A DNA stretch of 64,000 nucleotides from a bacterium (GTDB lineage Bacteria; Patescibacteriota; Patescibacteriia; SG8-24). Below are positions 60,167 through 64,000 of the stretch, piece by piece. A model generated the notes under the pieces. It saw only the letters and a program-made list of their open reading frames with translations. It ran no database searches and had not been told where the DNA came from. The stretch covers positions 4,096 through 68,095 of the forward strand of contig JAKAKZ010000001.1 in the NCBI GenBank assembly GCA_021824285.1, given 5' to 3'. Every line of letters begins with the position of its first letter. Position 1 is the first letter of the stretch. The translations under genes and the position numbers were made by a program.

Positions 60167-61315
60167 TCAGAGAGCCGCCTTGGTCTCCTTGGCGATCATC
60201 AGCTCCTCGTTGGTCGGCACGACCAGGACTTTCGGCTTGCCTGGCAGTTTGACGAGATCCATGATCCGTTCGCGGAGGAAGGCGTTGCGCTCCCCCACCC
60301 CGGCCGTGAAGATGACCGCATCCGCACCGCCCATGAGCGCGGCGAATTGGCCGATGTAGCGGGCCACGTCGTAGCAGAACACGTCCACGGCGATGCGGCA
60401 CCACTTGCGCTCATCGGCGTCCTTGGGGGCAACCGGCTGGACACCATCGACTTTCCAGCCGGTCCGCGCCAGCACGTCGCGCATGTCCTTGAAGCCGGTC
60501 AGTCCCAGCATGCCGGACTTCTTGTTCATCAGGTCGTCTACCTCCTGCTCCGTCATCTTCAGCTCGCGCATCAGGTAGAGCGGGATAGCGGCGTCGATGT
60601 CGCCGCAGCGGGTCGACATGGTGACGCCTTCAAGCGGCGTGAAGCCCATGGAGGTGTCCGTGGCCCTGCCGTTCTTCACGGCCGTGACCGAGGCGCCGGA
60701 ACCGATATGACAGGAGACCAGGCGCAATTTGCTGTAGGGTTTCTTCAATATTTTTGCGGCCTCGCGCGTGACATACTGGTGCGAGATGCCGTGGAAGCCG
60801 TACTTGCGTATCTTATGCTTGAGATAAAGTTCAAGTGGTAGCGAGTAGACGAAAGCCTCCGGGCCGAGCGTGCGGTAGAAGGACGTGTCGAAGACCGCCA
60901 CGTTCTTGGCCCTCGGCAGGAGCTCCAGGCAAGAACGGATGCCGGCCAGGTTCGGCGGGTTGTGGAGCGGCGCCAGCCGGCTGTAGGTCTCAAGCCGCGT
61001 CAGCACGCCGTCAGCAACCACGGTCGGCACGACGAACTCCTCGCCACCGTGGACCACCCGATGCCCGACAGCGCGGATGGCGGCGGTGTCGATTTTTTCC
61101 CTCTTGAGGGCGGCGAACACCGCGGCGAGCGCGGCCTTGTGGTCCGGTACGGCCGGCATGGCCCCATGCCGCTTCTCCCCGCTTCCGATGCGGTATTCGA
61201 GGAACGGGGCGTCAAGACCGATGCGCTCGACCAAGCCGTTCGCCAGTTCCTTGAGCGACGACGAGTAGAGGCGAAACTTCAGACTGGAACTGCCGGAATT
61301 GATCACGAGAATCAT
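60167..61315 (-). CDS. ackA: Acetate kinase
   Basis: LVINSGSSSLK, GHRVVHGG, APLHNP, YGFHGISH, FTAGVGE, PTNEELMIA. Confidence 0.96.
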   Translation of the reverse strand: MILVINSGSSSLKFRLYSSSLKELANGLVERIGLDAPFLEYRIGSGEKRHGAMPAVPDHKAALAAVFAALKREKIDTAAIRAVGHRVVHGGEEFVVPTVVADGVLTRLETYSRLAPLHNPPNLAGIRSCLELLPRAKNVAVFDTSFYRTLGPEAFVYSLPLELYLKHKIRKYGFHGISHQYVTREAAKILKKPYSKLRLVSCHIGSGASVTAVKNGRATDTSMGFTPLEGVTMSTRCGDIDAAIPLYLMRELKMTEQEVDDLMNKKSGMLGLTGFKDMRDVLARTGWKVDGVQPVAPKDADERKWCRIAVDVFCYDVARYIGQFAALMGGADAVIFTAGVGERNAFLRERIMDLVKLPGKPKVLVVPTNEELMIAKETKAAL

Positions 61316-61335
61316 ATGGGTTGGGCTTTGCGGTC

Positions 61336-61974
61336 CTACCGGAGCTGTGGCCAGCGCGCATCATGCCAGATGACCTGACCGGCCCGCTCCACCCGTACGA
61401 TCCGTCCTTTAGAGCCGAAGGTCGGCAAGGAGCAGGCATTGCCCTCATCGGTATCAAGGTGGATGTTCATGCGGAAAGTCGGGTGCACGCGGACGATGAA
61501 GTTGTGGTAGGTCGCGGCCTGTTGCCCCGGGATGTACAGCGAGATGATATCGCCCTTCTGCAGACCGCGCTCCGCCGCCTCCGTGTCGGAGATATGCAGA
61601 TGCCGCTGCGGATCGATGACGCCTTCCTTGAGCTCCAGCTGGCCCCGCGGTCCGATGAGAGTACAGCCGGGAGTGCCGTCAAGCTTGCCGGACTCGCGCA
61701 TCGGCACGTCGATTCCGATCTTGAAACCGTCGCTGTAGGCGAACTCCACCTGCGTCTTCGGCCGGCACGGACCGAGCACCCGGCACTCCGTTTTCCCCTT
61801 GGGGCCGACGACCGTGACCTTCTCCTCTGCGGCCCACTGACCGGTCTGCGAGAGGTTCTTCTTGATCTTCATCTGGTAGCCGGGGCCGAAGAGGACGTCC
61901 TGATCGGCCTGCGACAGATGCACGTGGCGGGCGGACACCTCAATCGGAAGTTCGATATCGTTTTGGAGCGGCAT
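61336..61974 (-). CDS. pduL: PduL-type phosphate acyltransferase
   Basis: VSARHVHLS, LSQTGQWAA, RVLGP.R..TQVE, QRHLH, HLDTDEGNA. Confidence 0.9.
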   Translation of the reverse strand: MPLQNDIELPIEVSARHVHLSQADQDVLFGPGYQMKIKKNLSQTGQWAAEEKVTVVGPKGKTECRVLGPCRPKTQVEFAYSDGFKIGIDVPMRESGKLDGTPGCTLIGPRGQLELKEGVIDPQRHLHISDTEAAERGLQKGDIISLYIPGQQAATYHNFIVRVHPTFRMNIHLDTDEGNACSLPTFGSKGRIVRVERAGQVIWHDARWPQLR

Positions 61975-61985
61975 ATCGGATGTTT

Positions 61986-62014
61986 GAAAGTTCGAAAGTT
62001 GGGAGTCGGGAGTT
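61986..62014. repeat. 7/8-nt-periodic half-element upstream of pduL
   Basis: AGT at 61989/61997/62004/62011. Confidence 0.55.
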
Positions 62015-62120
62015 AAAATCGAGCTGGGGACAAGACAACGTGATTATATATGAAAATAAAAATCCCGTCCGCCGTGTTCGGGACAGGACACGCATCAGCG
62101 CCGAACTCTGAACCGCCCAA

Positions 62121-62465
62121 TCACAGCTCGTCGGACCAGGTGAACGTCGGTGCCTCGGGCAGGTCGCAAAAAAGGTCATCGCCCTCCAGGACGAGCTTCA
62201 CGGGCGTGAGTTTAGCGCCCTCCTCCACCGGCGGCGACTTGCCCATGCCGGTCTCGGCATCGAACAGCGCACCGTGCAGGTTGCATTTCAGCCGCTTGCC
62301 GTCAAAACGCATCTGGCCGCCCATGTGCGGACACTTGTCGAGATAGGCCTTGGGCTGACCGTCCATATTCAAGACCATCACGGCCCGGCCGTCGACCTCG
62401 TATTTCTTGAACTGCCCCAGGGAGATTTCCGAGAACTTCCCCAGCCGATGACGGACGTCGGCCAT
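62121..62465 (-). CDS. Rieske 2Fe-2S ferredoxin
   Basis: CPH...CNLHGALFD motifs. Confidence 0.9.
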   Translation of the reverse strand: MADVRHRLGKFSEISLGQFKKYEVDGRAVMVLNMDGQPKAYLDKCPHMGGQMRFDGKRLKCNLHGALFDAETGMGKSPPVEEGAKLTPVKLVLEGDDLFCDLPEAPTFTWSDEL

Positions 62466-62466
62466 A

Positions 62467-63207
62467 TCAATTCTCCGCTTGTCCGCCATTCCGTTTGGCG
62501 GTCTTGGACTTCGAGTGGCCGAACGTGTAGTGGAAGAGGTCGGTCTTCGGCGCCCCGCGGGCGCGCATATAAAGCTCGCAGAGCAGGAACTTAGCCGCGA
62601 TGTTCAGGCGGCCGTCGCGGTCCAGGCGACGCACGGATACGGGGATGCGGTAGATCTTGAGCACGCCGAACTTCGCGATCTTGCCGGCACGGTCCGCGTA
62701 ATCATGGTCCTCGGCCAGCTTGATTTCCTCGTCGAAGCCGGAAATGGCCTCATGTATTTTTTTGCGCGCGAAAATGCAGAAACCCGGGGCATGCGGCATC
62801 GTGGAAGCGGTGACGCGCATGAAATAGTTGAAGACCTCATGGAAGACCTTGTCCACTTTCTTGTCGGAAATCGGGTCAGCCTCGCAGGTCGCGACGTCGA
62901 GCCTGCGCTTCTCGAACTCGGCGATAGTGCCCTGCAGGAACCAAGGGTCCGGGAGCACGACATCGGAATCCAGGAACAGCAGGATGTCGCCTTTCGCCGC
63001 CGTCGCGCCGCGGTTGCGGCCCACGGCCGGCATGCCGCCGTCCACCACCCGCGCACCCATCTCGACCGCCAGCGCCCTGGTCTGGTCTTTCGAATTGGCG
63101 TCAGCGACGATGACCTCGAAATCCTTAAACGTCTGCGCCTGGATGGAGCGCAGCAGGAACGGCAGGTAGGCCTCTTCGTTGTAGGTCGGAATGATGATGG
63201 AGAGCAT
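62467..63207 (-). CDS. Family 2 glycosyltransferase
   Basis: LSIIIPTYNEE, VADANSKD, FLDSD, AEDHDY, SVRR. Confidence 0.92.
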   Translation of the reverse strand: MLSIIIPTYNEEAYLPFLLRSIQAQTFKDFEVIVADANSKDQTRALAVEMGARVVDGGMPAVGRNRGATAAKGDILLFLDSDVVLPDPWFLQGTIAEFEKRRLDVATCEADPISDKKVDKVFHEVFNYFMRVTASTMPHAPGFCIFARKKIHEAISGFDEEIKLAEDHDYADRAGKIAKFGVLKIYRIPVSVRRLDRDGRLNIAAKFLLCELYMRARGAPKTDLFHYTFGHSKSKTAKRNGGQAEN

Positions 63208-63266
63208 CGGTCGGGGTCTTAATATCCGGCGTCTTCACTGTCGCCTTCGGGCACCGCCACTACAAT

Positions 63267-63737
63267 CTAGCACTTCTGGCGGAGAGCATACAGGGCGATG
63301 CCGCAAGCCACGGAAACGTTGAACGATTCCTTGATACCGAGCATGGGGATTTCCGCGACCGCATCGAGCCGACGGCGGATGGCGGGGGTAAGGCCGCGGA
63401 TCTCGTTGCCCACGACGAGCGCCAGCGGAAAGCGCGGCCGGAGGTCCGGCAGGGGGACGGCGCCGGCGCACTTCTCCAGGCCGACCAGATAATAACCATC
63501 TTTTTTCAATCGTTCGAGGAGAGGCCAGGTGGCACCGGCCTTCCGCCAAGGCACGGACCGCTCGGCGCCGAGCGCCACCTTCTGCAGGCCGCGCTGTTCC
63601 GGCGTGCCGGTGATGCCGCAGAGGTAGATGCGCGCTACGCCGAAACCGTCGGCCGACCGGAACATCGCGCCGACGTTGTAGAGGCTGCGGATGCCGTCGA
63701 GAACCAAGACGATTTCCTTCTTTTTTGCGTCCGGCAT
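63267..63737 (-). CDS. SpoU/TrmH family RNA methyltransferase
   Basis: IRSLYNVGAMFRSAD, VGNEIRG, IPMLGIKESFNVSVA. Confidence 0.9.
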   Translation of the reverse strand: MPDAKKKEIVLVLDGIRSLYNVGAMFRSADGFGVARIYLCGITGTPEQRGLQKVALGAERSVPWRKAGATWPLLERLKKDGYYLVGLEKCAGAVPLPDLRPRFPLALVVGNEIRGLTPAIRRRLDAVAEIPMLGIKESFNVSVACGIALYALRQKC

Positions 63738-63785
63738 AGCGGTCTGGTCAATATGGGGAACGACGGCGCGCAAGCGGTTTCGGGC

Positions 63786-63814
63786 TTGAAGCCGGCGCGT
63801 TTTATCTATATACT
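63786..63814 (+). promoter_or_regulatory. Promoter positioned for a leaderless transcript
   Basis: TTGAAG, 17-nt spacer, TATACT ending 7 nt before the ATG at 63822. Confidence 0.55.
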
Positions 63815-63821
63815 CTGCCGC

Positions 63822-64000
63822 ATGAAATACGGCGACAGAGTGACGTTACCCATCACGGAAATGGACCGCAAGGGGCGCGGCCGCGGGCTCGTGAACGGCC
63901 GGCCGGTCGGAGCCTATTTCTGCGCGCCCGGCGAAACCATCGAGGGCACTTTCTACGCCCGGAAGCAGGGCGTCAAGATGCTGCGGCTCGAGGCGGTCAC
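63822..64000 (+). CDS. Partial TRAM-domain protein, probably an RlmD/TrmA-type RNA m5U methyltransferase
   Basis: Hand-translated MKYGDRVTLPITEMDRKGRGRGLVNGRPVGAYFCAPGETIEG; truncated by the window end. Confidence 0.6.
   Translation, partial: MKYGDRVTLPITEMDRKGRGRGLVNGRPVGAYFCAPGETIEGTFYARKQGVKMLRLEAV

Overview
High-GC bacterial chromosome segment. Gene content suggests Patescibacteria/CPR, probably ABY1/Uhrbacteria-like (inference: type IV pilus locus, Cys-rich surface proteins, AckA/PduL fermentation, few Shine-Dalgarno motifs). 1-12.7 kb is an accessory island at the 3' end of tRNA-Asn(GTT). It carries a Type III R-M pair, a promoter plus structured leader RNA in front of a capsid-less ParB-MTase / small terminase / large terminase / large serine recombinase module, and a two-gene CBASS (CD-NTase + SLATT). 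At 22.2-22.9 kb, tRNA-Ser(GGA) is partly triplicated around a small GIY-YIG nuclease, with two 20-bp palindromes inserted in the T-loop of the first copy. Next to it is a three-gene MotA/ExbB-type membrane motor-like operon. The rest is mostly core genes on the minus strand: rpoD, dnaG, queA, tgt, lgt, gatA/C, ligA, the T4P cluster, rnhA, recJ, lepA, murJ, ackA, pduL. Seven gene junctions carry 7/8-nt-periodic repeat hairpins. All protein calls come from motif recognition; no database searches were run.
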